Assembly (NCBI GenBank): GCA_963729715.1
Contig: CAVSPA010000005.1
Location: forward strand, 160,001 to 224,000
Length of the DNA stretch: 64,000 nucleotides
Direction of reading: 5' to 3'
Origin: an uncultured delta proteobacterium
Lineage (GTDB): Bacteria > Desulfobacterota > Syntrophia > Syntrophales > UBA2185
How positions within the stretch are numbered: the first letter of the stretch is position 1; every line of letters starts with the position of its first letter. The position numbers and the translations under genes are program-made. Below the pieces are notes generated by a model. That model did no database searches. It had not been told where the DNA came from and saw only the letters and a program-made list of their open reading frames with translations. Below, in pieces: positions 1 to 8,747 of this stretch.

Positions 1-614
1 ACGTCCTTCAGGCCGAAGTCCGTGCCGACGATTTCATCGCCTGACATGCGCAGCAATTCCTGATTAAGATAACGGTTGTCATCCGTCAGCATGTCCTTTA
101 GCCTGAGGACCTGCTGATACGCGAGTGCGTTGGAAACGGCAATGCCAAAGGGTTCGTTGAGGAGGGCGAAGAGCCGGGCATGCTCCTCCGTGTATCTGTC
201 CTTTCCGTCCGTGGTCAGGGTGAGGGAACCCAATCTCGCGCCTTCAATTACGAGACGCATCACTAGGGCGGAGGAATTATGCATGTTTAATGATTCGGTG
301 ATCTTCTTGATGACGGGATCCTCTTCTGGACGGTTGACGATCCGCACGTTCGGCACGCCGGGCTTTTCAAAGCTGTCCCTGCCTTCGCGGGTGAGGGGCG
401 TTATCTTTTCCATTGTCCTGGTCTCTTCTGCCTTCACCTCGGTGATCGTGCGGATGGCGCCCATGCTCTTCTCATAGAGGTGCAGGAAGATGCTGTCCAC
501 GGGCATGTATTTCACGAGATGGTGGAGCGAGCGCTGCAGGGCGGTTTCCAGATCGAGGCTGCTGCAGATGAGCACTGTCATCTGACGAAAGAATTCGTTT
601 TCATTTATGGGCAT
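1..614 (-). CDS. Sigma-54-dependent (NtrC/Fis family) transcriptional activator, N-terminal GAF part; runs off the window edge
   Basis: Not in the ORF track. Manual translation MPINENEFFRQMTVLICSSLDLETAL...NRYLNQELLRMSGDEIVGTDFGLKD ends at the typical entry into the AAA+ domain; GGAGAGG RBS upstream. Confidence 0.85.
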   Translation of the reverse strand, partial: MPINENEFFRQMTVLICSSLDLETALQRSLHHLVKYMPVDSIFLHLYEKSMGAIRTITEVKAEETRTMEKITPLTREGRDSFEKPGVPNVRIVNRPEEDPVIKKITESLNMHNSSALVMRLVIEGARLGSLTLTTDGKDRYTEEHARLFALLNEPFGIAVSNALAYQQVLRLKDMLTDDNRYLNQELLRMSGDEIVGTDFGLKD

Positions 615-673
615 GGATTGATCCTCTCCTTATAAAATCCCCTATGGCTCCGTTTGTTAAAGGGCGAACAGAT

Positions 674-732
674 AGATTTCTCCCTGCGGTCGAAATGACA
701 ACCATCCGGATTCCCGTCTTCGCGGGAATGAC
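674..732. repeat. REP-like palindromic repeats AGATTTCTCCCTGCGGTCGAAATGAC and GGATTCCCGTCTTCGCGGGAATGAC
   Basis: The first unit recurs identically at 4789-4814 and in inverted, variant form at ~8421-8446. Confidence 0.8.
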
Positions 733-741
733 AGAGCGTGG

Positions 742-807
742 TTGTTGTATATCGCAAATTAACATATCGTTGTGAAATGGCGCAAGGATTATTGTGGTAA
801 TTCGCAA
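742..807. promoter_or_regulatory. Three putative enhancer (UAS) sites, TTGT(G/T)-N6-CGCAA
   Basis: Imperfect palindromes at 742-757, 770-785 and 792-807, upstream of a sigma-54 promoter and next to the divergent activator gene. Confidence 0.6.
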
Positions 808-857
808 GTTACAATGCCCGCCTTTCGTAAGTTATCAGTATCACGACCAATATTTTT

Positions 858-873
858 TGGCACGCTGTATGCT
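858..873 (+). promoter_or_regulatory. Sigma-54 (-24/-12) promoter
   Basis: TGGCAC-GCTGT-ATGCT. Confidence 0.8.
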
Positions 874-909
874 CATATACAGGACAGACTCAAGCAGGAG
901 GTTAAGTAA

Positions 910-1188
910 ATGCAGTGGATGGAGGAAATAAAGCTCCGCATCGCCGAGAAAAATCCGGAATTGGTGGAAGGAGAAATCGAGAAGCTGATAAAGGACCTCG
1001 GCAATAACGGCAGCATGAAGGATATAAAACTCTACCACAACGCGGTAGTGGATAACGACATGAGTGTCCACCTGCATTGGGAAACTGGAAACGCGGAGCC
1101 GCAAGGCAGCGCCACCGGCCTCTGCCTGGTTCATGTCCTCAGAGAGTACGGACTGATTTCCCATTCTGTTTGGGTAGAAGGAAGATAG
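910..1188 (+). CDS. Hypothetical protein (92 aa), first gene of the sigma-54 operon
   Basis: AGGAGG RBS; directly follows the sigma-54 promoter. Confidence 0.75.
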   Translation: MQWMEEIKLRIAEKNPELVEGEIEKLIKDLGNNGSMKDIKLYHNAVVDNDMSVHLHWETGNAEPQGSATGLCLVHVLREYGLISHSVWVEGR

Positions 1189-1221
1189 AGACATGAGCGG
1201 AAAGATTTTGGAGGTGTTATC

Positions 1222-1593
1222 ATGGATATTTTAGCTGGTTTAAATGCGGTCACGCTCATTTTCGTAGCGTTATGCGTTTTTGCCATTGGTTACCGATTTT
1301 ATGGAGTCTTCATGGCATTCGTCACCGTATGCGCCGGGTATCTGAATATCACAGAGAACTATCTGCCTAAAGGCAACTATGTTCTGACTGTGCTGTCCAT
1401 CATCATCATGGTCTTGATGATCATCCTTTTCATCGTGACATTCAAGCGGTGGTATGAACTTCTCAACATCAAGAAGGATGTCATTGACAAATGGTGTGAG
1501 AAGGTCCGCACGCTTATCACCGATGAAGATCTCACGGTGGAGGAGGCGAAAGCGGCGAGGGCAGGCTTTGCCCGAGAGATGGTCAAAACGTGA
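1222..1593 (+). pseudogene. cstA: Internally deleted carbon starvation protein A (CstA-family transporter)
   Basis: CstA-type N-terminus (NAVTLIFVALCVFAIGYRFYG) joined in frame to a CstA-type C-terminus (FMAFVT...YLPKGNYVLTVLS...KRWYELL); only 123 aa. Confidence 0.7.
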
Positions 1594-1675
1594 TGCATTA
1601 ACATTAGTGAGTGGGGTATGGGCGCAGATGCCCGTACCCCATACAAAAGACCGCTCCGAAAAAGGAGGGTATGAA

Positions 1676-2011
1676 ATGAACAGATTATCGAAAGACATGA
1701 AGAGAAAAACTGTCAAGGACCTCAAGGTATACTTCGGCAGACCTCCTTACGACGTCGAGTATATCAGGCGTTCTTATGGTTCGTCCGACTTTCTTGACCA
1801 AGAGGCCCTTGCAAAATATGGCAGGACGCTCCCTGAACTGATCAGAGAATTGCAGGCGGTTTACATGACCGAGAAGACAAAGTCGGAAGCCTATCGAGAC
1901 CTCAAGATATATCTCGGTGAACCGCCTGTAACGAGAGAAACGCTTCGACAGAGGTTCGCGTCAGGCCTCTGCGAGAAGCAAGTTCAAGCCAAGTATTTCA
2001 TGACAGTATGA
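1676..2011 (+). CDS. Hypothetical protein with an internal duplicated domain, possibly frameshifted near its 3' end
   Basis: AGGAGG RBS; repeats DLKVYFGRPP/DLKIYLGEPP and AKYGRTL/AKYFMTV. Confidence 0.6.
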   Translation: MNRLSKDMKRKTVKDLKVYFGRPPYDVEYIRRSYGSSDFLDQEALAKYGRTLPELIRELQAVYMTEKTKSEAYRDLKIYLGEPPVTRETLRQRFASGLCEKQVQAKYFMTV

Positions 2012-2058
2012 TCTAATGAAACGAGTCGGATTCGAAGTAGTTGAATAGCGGGGGAGAG

Positions 2059-2250
2059 ATGGAAAGGTTCCAGTCCGGAAAGATGGATGAGGTAATAAAA
2101 AGCAACAGGACGCATTCCGGCGAACAGCCCGGTGTCACAGACAGAATTGAAGATACCCCATCACCGGGTGGCCTCGGGATGCGCATCCTGTCCAAATATT
2201 CGATAACAGTCGACACCCTGATGACGGCTGTGGAGATTGCATGCATATGA
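2059..2250 (+). CDS. Small hypothetical protein or remnant ending in a third copy of the xKYxxTV motif
   Basis: GGGAGAG RBS; C-terminal LSKYSITVDTLM resembles the repeats of the upstream ORF. Confidence 0.35.
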   Translation: MERFQSGKMDEVIKSNRTHSGEQPGVTDRIEDTPSPGGLGMRILSKYSITVDTLMTAVEIACI

Positions 2251-2251
2251 A

Positions 2252-2305
2252 AAGGATTTCTTCCGGAGTTTACCCTGAGTAAATCGAAGGGGTCAAATGA
2301 CAAAA
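2252..2305. repeat. ~50 bp repeat, inverted copy of 20308-20359
   Basis: GATTTCTTCCGGAGTTTACCCTGAGTAAATCGAAGGGGTCAAATGAC is the near-exact reverse complement of the element at ~20310. Confidence 0.75.
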
Positions 2306-2574
2306 ATAGTTTGTTATTCCTGCCCCGATAAGAAACATTCGAGGGCTGCGGCAGGAATTTAGAGTAATTGTTATTCCTAACGAGTGTACAGAGATGTGGC
2401 GAAAAACATGTCGATCCCTCCTCTTTAGGGAAAGGGGGCCGGGGGGATTTCTTTCACAACACAAGAATCCCCTTCGTCCCCCTGAGGGGAAGGCAAGGCG
2501 CGTAAATTAAACTTATAAACCGGCTGACAATCAGACTGATTGGAGATCAGCCAAAAAGAATGGAGGAACACATC

Positions 2575-3051
2575 ATGTTAGAAAGATCGAAACAAAAAGC
2601 GAAAGAGTGGGTGGCCAAGGCGATAGAGTTTTACAAAGCTTCCGGCAGGGAGATCGCGCTGGCCGAGTTTACAAATCCTCATGGGCCCTTTGTCCAGAAC
2701 GAAATGTACATCTTTGTGCTGGATTCCCAGGGGAACATGGTTGCGCATGGAGTCAATGAGAAATACGCGGACATGAACTTCATAAACCTCAAGGATTCCA
2801 GGGGAAAGAACTTCATCCGGGAAATCGTCGAAGCGGCAAATGCGAACGGCAGCGGCTGGGTGGATTACCAGTGGTACAACCCGGTTACCAAAGAAACGAA
2901 ACCCAAGAGCCTGTATTTCGAGAAGATCGATGACTTGATAATTTGCAGCGGAATCTATATAGTAAGATTGTTGGATATTATTTCCTACAATCTTGAGAAT
3001 ATGCAATATCAAGGAGATGCGTACTTCGGCGAATATCAGCCTCGGGTATGA
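2575..3051 (+). CDS. Stand-alone single Cache (sCache_2-like) domain protein
   Basis: ALAEFTNPHGPF..EMYIFV..G.MVAHG..KDSRGK.FI..GSGWVDY.W.NP..K...Y..ICSGIY; GGAGG RBS. Confidence 0.9.
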   Translation: MLERSKQKAKEWVAKAIEFYKASGREIALAEFTNPHGPFVQNEMYIFVLDSQGNMVAHGVNEKYADMNFINLKDSRGKNFIREIVEAANANGSGWVDYQWYNPVTKETKPKSLYFEKIDDLIICSGIYIVRLLDIISYNLENMQYQGDAYFGEYQPRV

Positions 3052-3125
3052 TTTAGCGGCAGCGGCAAGGTTAAGGCACGACTTGCATAATTAAATTCTA
3101 TTAACTACTAAAAGAGGAGGCGCAT

Positions 3126-3536
3126 ATGTACGGAGCATCAGGAAAAGAAGCGAAAGAGTTTGTGAAGAAGGCAATTGGATTTTACAAGAAAGCAGGCAAG
3201 GCAGTTGCTTTGGCGGAGTTCACCAATCCCAAAGGACCTTTCATCGAAGGCGAGCAGTATGTTTTTGTCTTGAACCTCAAAGGGACGATGCTGGCGCACG
3301 GGGTCAATGAAAAGTACATCGGGCAGGACTTCATTGACGTCAAGGATTCCGACGGCAGGAGCTTTATCCGGGAGATCGTCGAAGTCGCCGATAAGAAAGG
3401 CAGCGGCTTCGTGGATTACAAATGGTACAAACCGGAGACCAAAGAAGACCTGGCGAAGCACGTGTACTTCGAAAAAGTAGATGACGTAATCATCTGCAGC
3501 GGTGTCTACAAAGAGATGTGGCGGGATCTGTTGTAG
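3126..3536 (+). CDS. Stand-alone single Cache domain protein (tandem paralog)
   Basis: Same motifs as the upstream paralog; GAGGAGG RBS. Confidence 0.9.
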   Translation: MYGASGKEAKEFVKKAIGFYKKAGKAVALAEFTNPKGPFIEGEQYVFVLNLKGTMLAHGVNEKYIGQDFIDVKDSDGRSFIREIVEVADKKGSGFVDYKWYKPETKEDLAKHVYFEKVDDVIICSGVYKEMWRDLL

Positions 3537-3595
3537 TTTGCAAACCCCTCCGATAGCGCAGAAGCAGACCTGCATCTGTAGACAACGCTTTCAGG

Positions 3596-3628
3596 GCCGC
3601 CTCACATTCCAGTGGGGCGGCTTTTTTT
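3596..3628 (+). terminator. Rho-independent terminator
   Basis: GCCGCCTCAC-loop-GTGGGGCGGC followed by T7. Confidence 0.85.
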
Positions 3629-3683
3629 ACGAAATCAAATTCGGCGGGAAGTGAAATATTTCAGTGAATGGGAAGGGCGGTAA

Positions 3684-4580
3684 TCATAGGATAACTCTTG
3701 CTTCACAGAAGATAGCCATCATGAGGAGAATCCCGAAGACGGTGTCAAACTGGGCCGTCAGGGCATCGGCCATATCGGGGACATTCTTCTTGAAGGTTCT
3801 CAAAAGGCTTACCGCTTTGGGAATAGAGAGGAAGATGAGCAGTCCCCAGAAGCTCATGATTCCTGTAAGGATCATGCCGAGGACGTACGCATAGGCAAGC
3901 GCGATGAGCCCCGCGAACAGGATGTAGCTGTTGCGGCTTCCGAGCATGATGCTCACGGTCTTGACGTTATGGCGTGAATCATAGGCGATGTCCCTCATGT
4001 TGTTGGCAAAGAGGACGAGGGCGACCAGGACTCCGAAGGGAACCGATATGTACAAGGCCTTCATGGAAAGAGCCTGGCGCTGCACCGCGTAAGCCCCTTC
4101 GATCATGAGAGGGCCCCACATCATGAAGACAGCGAACTCGCCGAGGGCGTGGTACTTGAACTTAACCGGACCTGCCGTATAGTAGATGCTCGTGAACAAC
4201 CCGATAAGCCCGATCCACAGGATATGCCAGGAGCGGACTACCGCCGCCGTCATGCCGATAGCTACTGTTAAGAACAGAAAGACAGAGGCTTCAACCAAGG
4301 TCTCGCGGGGCGTAAGCATGCCCGAGATGATCGGCTGCGGCCGATATATCGCCGTAGGCGAATCCTTCTGGTCGATATCGTAGAGGGTGTCGAAATAATC
4401 GTTGATCAAATTGGCGGCGGCGTGGAAAAGGGTGATGCCGATTGCGGTCACGATAAACCATAACCAGGACACGGACCCCTCTTCGGCGGCCAGAAGCGTC
4501 CCCACGGAAACGGAAATGAGGGACATCGTGAATGACCAAGGACGGGTCGCGATGAAATATTTCTTCATATAATCAAACAT
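3684..4580 (-). CDS. menA: 1,4-dihydroxy-2-naphthoate prenyltransferase (UbiA/MenA family)
   Basis: ATRPWS, NLINDYFD and ANNMRDI..D motifs; multiple TM helices. Start is probably 4580 or 4568 rather than the ORF-track 4736. Confidence 0.85.
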   Translation of the reverse strand: MFDYMKKYFIATRPWSFTMSLISVSVGTLLAAEEGSVSWLWFIVTAIGITLFHAAANLINDYFDTLYDIDQKDSPTAIYRPQPIISGMLTPRETLVEASVFLFLTVAIGMTAAVVRSWHILWIGLIGLFTSIYYTAGPVKFKYHALGEFAVFMMWGPLMIEGAYAVQRQALSMKALYISVPFGVLVALVLFANNMRDIAYDSRHNVKTVSIMLGSRNSYILFAGLIALAYAYVLGMILTGIMSFWGLLIFLSIPKAVSLLRTFKKNVPDMADALTAQFDTVFGILLMMAIFCEARVIL

Positions 4581-4707
4581 GAATTGCTTCCCATTTTTTT
4601 GTCTGCGCGATTGGCGCAATTTAATAAGAATGAGCCCTTGTGTCAAGTTCTTTGTGTCAGGCGGGTTGAGAGGAAATCCCCCTGTGTCCCGCTTTTTCAT
4701 CTTACTG

Positions 4708-4814
4708 TCATTCCGGTGAGCCGAAGCTCTGAACATGGTGAAGGGGCATGTGATGAATCTTGATGTTCTTCTCTCAGATCAGGGAACAAGATTTCTCCCT
4801 GCGGTCGAAATGAC
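4708..4814. repeat. REP/REPIN-like composite repeat
   Basis: GTCATT...GAATCTTGA...CTCTCAGAT...AGATTTCTCCCTGCGGTCGAAATGAC; a related inverted copy lies at 8421-8514. Confidence 0.7.
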
Positions 4815-4946
4815 AGGAAGGGAACGAAAAGGGGAAATGTACTAATGTTCCATGCGTTTCTTACCGAATAAACAAAAATGCAATTCCTGACCAAAATGTA
4901 GTATACATTTAAGAATTTATTTCAGTCCCTTATCTATGGAGGAGCC

Positions 4947-7900
4947 GTGAGAATTCCAATCTTCAAGTCAATAAGAACCCACCTGCTCTTATTGGTGTTG
5001 CTGTCAGTGCTGCCTGCTCTGGGAATTGTCATCTACATGGGGATGAACTGGCTTCATAGTGATGTAAAGGCGGCACACAATGATGCCCTGAGAGTCTTGC
5101 AAAGTCTGGCAAACGACCACGAGCGCACCATGGAAAATACCCGGCAGCTCCTCACAACGCTCGCCAAATTACCTGACGTGCGGAATCAGGATGCTGCCGC
5201 ATGCAACAGGCTCTTCCGGACTATACTCAAAGAGAACCCCATGTACACGACTATTCTCGCGGTAAATGCTCAAGGGATGGTATTTGCCAACGCCCTGCCT
5301 TTCACCCCTTATAGCGTAAGGCAAAGGAAACATTTTCAGGACAGTTTACGGACAAAGGATTTCTCCGTAGGGGAGTATATGATCGGTATAGCTTCAGGCC
5401 TCCAGTTATTTCCCTTTGCGTATCCGGTGCTGGATTCGAGAGGCCGGGTCCAGGCTGTGGTTATTGCCGGCATCGCCCTCGATCGCTACGGTCAGATGTT
5501 TACAAAGACAAAATTACCTGAAGGCTCAGTGCTCGCAATCTTTGATCACAAGAATGTGCGTCTCTACAGGTCGGGTGAATCGAAACAGTATATGGGGAAG
5601 ACAGACTCTCCTGATATGATCGAGCATATGTCATCTGAGCCAGATGAAGGACTCTATACCAGCTTCGGCGCCGATAGGGTCAGACGCCTTTATGCCTATA
5701 AGAGATTCTACATGGAAGGAAGTACATCGCCATATCTCTTCATGCGTGTCGGAATCCCCGAAGAGAGGGCGCTCGCCCGCGCCAGAAATACCCTGTTTAT
5801 CACAGTGACGCTTCTATGCGCCGCTTTCATTATCGCCATTACAGTAGCGTGGTTCCTCGGTAAAATGATTATCGTACGGAGGCTGAACAGATTGTTGGAG
5901 GCCTCACAACGGGTGGGACACGGCGACCTGACAGCTCGGACCAGCCTCAAGCACAGCGAAGATGAGTTGGGTCAGGTGACAAGAGCATTTGACGACATGG
6001 CAGGAGAATTGGAGCACAAGGAATCGGAACGCAAATCTGCCGGGGAGGCCCTGCGGGAGAGCGAGGAGAAGTACCGCAGCATCTTCGAAAATGCAGTGGA
6101 AGGGATTTATCGAAGCAGTTTGGATGGAACATATATCGATCTCAACCCTGCCTTTGCACGGATATTCGGCTATGATTCACCTGAGGAGGCAATGCATGCC
6201 ATTACTGACATTGGCCGGCAGCTTTACTTGGACCCCGAGAAACGCGACGAGTGCATTCGCATAGCAGGAGAGCGAGGTGAAGCCATTTTCGAGGTTCAAA
6301 TCTACAGGAAAGACGGCAGCACGGCATGGGTATCCAATAGTGTCCGGGCGATTCGCGACTCCGATGGAAACGTCACCCATTTCGAAGGCGTGGTTGAAGA
6401 TATCACTGAGCGCAAGCGGATGGAGGAGGATCTGCGGCAGAGTGAGGAGAAGTACCGCTCGTTGGCGACTACCGCAGATTCCATGTATCTCGTGGACAGA
6501 GACTACAGGTATCTATCCATGAACGATAGACATCTATCGAGGTTTAATCTCCCGTTGGATCTCGTCATAGGCAGAACTTACGGCGAATTCCACTCCCAAG
6601 AATCCACAAAAAAGTTTGTTGAAACAGTGGACCATGTATTCGAAAGCGGCCGACCTGCCCAGCTTGAACATAGAAGCGACAGAGACGGCCGGTATTTTAT
6701 TAGGACATTCAGTCCCGTGAAAAGTCTGGATAGCAAAGCGACAACAGCCGTTACAGTAGTATCAAAAGATATCACCGAGCGTAAGCAGGCGGAAGATGCA
6801 CTGAGGGAAAGCGAAGAAAAATATCGTACCATGGCCGATTCCCTGCCCCAGATTATTTTTGAGACGGATCTGCAAGGCCACTTCACATTCGTAAACCATG
6901 CGGCGACCGCCATGACCGGCTACACGCAGGAGGAATTTTTGACGGAACTGTATGCAGCGCAACTGGTTGCTCCTGAAGACCGGAAGCGGGCCCGATCCAA
7001 CATGGAGAGGATCCTGGCCGGGGAAGAGAGCGCAGGAAATGAGTATACCTGTTTGAGGAAAGATGGAAGCAGGTATCCGGTCAGCATCCATTCAAGCACC
7101 ATTACCCGTGATAATCAGGTACTCGGCTTGCGGGGATTTGTCCTCGATATTACCCAGCGCAAACAAATGGAGGGGCGCTTGCGGCGTGCGGAAAAGATGG
7201 AAGCCTTAGGAACCCTCGCGGGTGGAGTGGCTCATGATCTCAATAATGTCCTCGGTGTTCTCGTGGGATATTCTGAACTGCTTCTGATGGAAATTCCGGA
7301 AGAGCATCCATGGAGGAAACACGTTTCCCAAGTCATGCAGTCCAGCCAGAGAGCAACTGCGATGATTCAAGACCTCTTGACGATGGCAAGGAGGGGCGTG
7401 CTTGTTTCCGAGGTCGTCAATCTGAACGAAGTTATCACCGACTATCTGGAGACCCCCGAGTTTGAGAAACTGAAGTCATATCATCCGTCGGTGATGTTCA
7501 AGACCGAGCTTGGGAAAAGTCTCCTCAACATCAAAGGGTCTCCGGTGCATTTGGGGAAAACCATCATGAATCTGGTGTCCAACGCATCAGAGGCCATATC
7601 GGACCAAGGGGGAGTGACGATCAGGACGGAGGCCCGCTATCTTGACAAACCCGTCAGAGGTTATGATGAAGTGAAGGAAGGGGACTACGTCGTTCTGACT
7701 GTATCAGACAACGGAATGGGCATATCGGCCAAGGACATTGAGAAGATATTCGAACCCTTCTATACGAAGAAGGTTATGGGCAGGAGCGGGACGGGGCTTG
7801 GTTTGGCCGTTGTCTGGGGAACTGTCAAGGATCATAACGGATACATCGATGTGAGAAGCGAGACAGGCAAAGGGAGCACTTTCACAATCTACCTCCCGGC

Positions 7901-8330
7901 GACAAGAGAAGAACTGACCAGGGACGAGGAGAAGACCGCGCCCGCGCAGTACATGGGAAGAGGGGAATCAATTCTGGTGATAGACGACGTGATAGCTCAG
8001 CGTGAAGTGGCAACCAGCGTGCTGACAAAACTTGGCTATAAGGTCGATGCCGTTTCCAGTGGAGAAAACGCGGTAGAATATTTGCGAACGCATAAGGCTG
8101 ATCTCGTCGTCCTCGATATGATCATGGATCCCGGCATCGACGGATTGGATACCTACAAGAGGATTCTGGAAATCAACCCGAAACAGAAAGCGATAATCGT
8201 GAGCGGCTTTTCCGAAACGGATCGCGTCCATCAGGCGCAGGCATTGGGCGCAGGTGCGTACGTAAAGAAACCATATCTGCTGGAGAGGCTTGGCGTTGCC
8301 GTCAGGCGGGAACTTGCAAGGCAAGTATAG
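4947..8330 (+). CDS. Hybrid sensor histidine kinase (periplasmic Cache, HAMP, 3x PAS, HisKA, HATPase, REC)
   Basis: Two TM segments; HAMP (DELGQV); PAS linkers DITERK; H-box AHDLNN; G-boxes DNGMGI and GTGLGL; REC LVVLDMIM. Confidence 0.95.
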   Translation: MRIPIFKSIRTHLLLLVLLSVLPALGIVIYMGMNWLHSDVKAAHNDALRVLQSLANDHERTMENTRQLLTTLAKLPDVRNQDAAACNRLFRTILKENPMYTTILAVNAQGMVFANALPFTPYSVRQRKHFQDSLRTKDFSVGEYMIGIASGLQLFPFAYPVLDSRGRVQAVVIAGIALDRYGQMFTKTKLPEGSVLAIFDHKNVRLYRSGESKQYMGKTDSPDMIEHMSSEPDEGLYTSFGADRVRRLYAYKRFYMEGSTSPYLFMRVGIPEERALARARNTLFITVTLLCAAFIIAITVAWFLGKMIIVRRLNRLLEASQRVGHGDLTARTSLKHSEDELGQVTRAFDDMAGELEHKESERKSAGEALRESEEKYRSIFENAVEGIYRSSLDGTYIDLNPAFARIFGYDSPEEAMHAITDIGRQLYLDPEKRDECIRIAGERGEAIFEVQIYRKDGSTAWVSNSVRAIRDSDGNVTHFEGVVEDITERKRMEEDLRQSEEKYRSLATTADSMYLVDRDYRYLSMNDRHLSRFNLPLDLVIGRTYGEFHSQESTKKFVETVDHVFESGRPAQLEHRSDRDGRYFIRTFSPVKSLDSKATTAVTVVSKDITERKQAEDALRESEEKYRTMADSLPQIIFETDLQGHFTFVNHAATAMTGYTQEEFLTELYAAQLVAPEDRKRARSNMERILAGEESAGNEYTCLRKDGSRYPVSIHSSTITRDNQVLGLRGFVLDITQRKQMEGRLRRAEKMEALGTLAGGVAHDLNNVLGVLVGYSELLLMEIPEEHPWRKHVSQVMQSSQRATAMIQDLLTMARRGVLVSEVVNLNEVITDYLETPEFEKLKSYHPSVMFKTELGKSLLNIKGSPVHLGKTIMNLVSNASEAISDQGGVTIRTEARYLDKPVRGYDEVKEGDYVVLTVSDNGMGISAKDIEKIFEPFYTKKVMGRSGTGLGLAVVWGTVKDHNGYIDVRSETGKGSTFTIYLPATREELTRDEEKTAPAQYMGRGESILVIDDVIAQREVATSVLTKLGYKVDAVSSGENAVEYLRTHKADLVVLDMIMDPGIDGLDTYKRILEINPKQKAIIVSGFSETDRVHQAQALGAGAYVKKPYLLERLGVAVRRELARQV

Positions 8331-8354
8331 CCTTTGCCATTCCGCATCTGCGGG

Positions 8355-8555
8355 ATCCCCCTTTACAAGGGGGGAGAAAGAAATGGCAGGCTTTTCTTCT
8401 TTGTCATTTCGACATCCTTTTGTCATTTTGACCGAAGGGAGAAATCTTTTCCCCAATCTGAGAGAAAGATATTAAGATCAAGATTTCGCAGTCACTACGC
8501 TCCTTCGAAATGACAACTAATTTATTCTTGCTCACCCCCTTTGTGAAAGGGGGCG
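8355..8555. repeat. Cluster of palindromic repeats (CCCCCTTT-N-AAGGGGG type plus GTCATT...AGAAATCT type)
   Basis: CCCCCTTTACAAGGGGGG and CCCCCTTTGTGAAAGGGGG flank the inverted REP units. Confidence 0.7.
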
Positions 8556-8747
8556 TCAAGACCCGCACAACATCAGAAAGCTCTTGAAAAATTAGTGATA
8601 TTTTCATTGCCTAAAGGTAGGAATATTGATATTAGTTAAGATTATTAAGAACTCTTCATGCATCATTTGAAAAATACCTCGCTTTCTAAAGACTTAGGTT
8701 CGCATCCTCAGAAAGAGAGCGAAATGAAAGCGTAACGGGAAGGATCG

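Noticed and set aside
601..807. 68-aa ORF upstream of the regulator (likewise 8290-8607 and 16883-17098)
   Set aside because: These are translations of REP repeats and promoter DNA (e.g. VIPAKTGI, VISTAGRNL), not genes.
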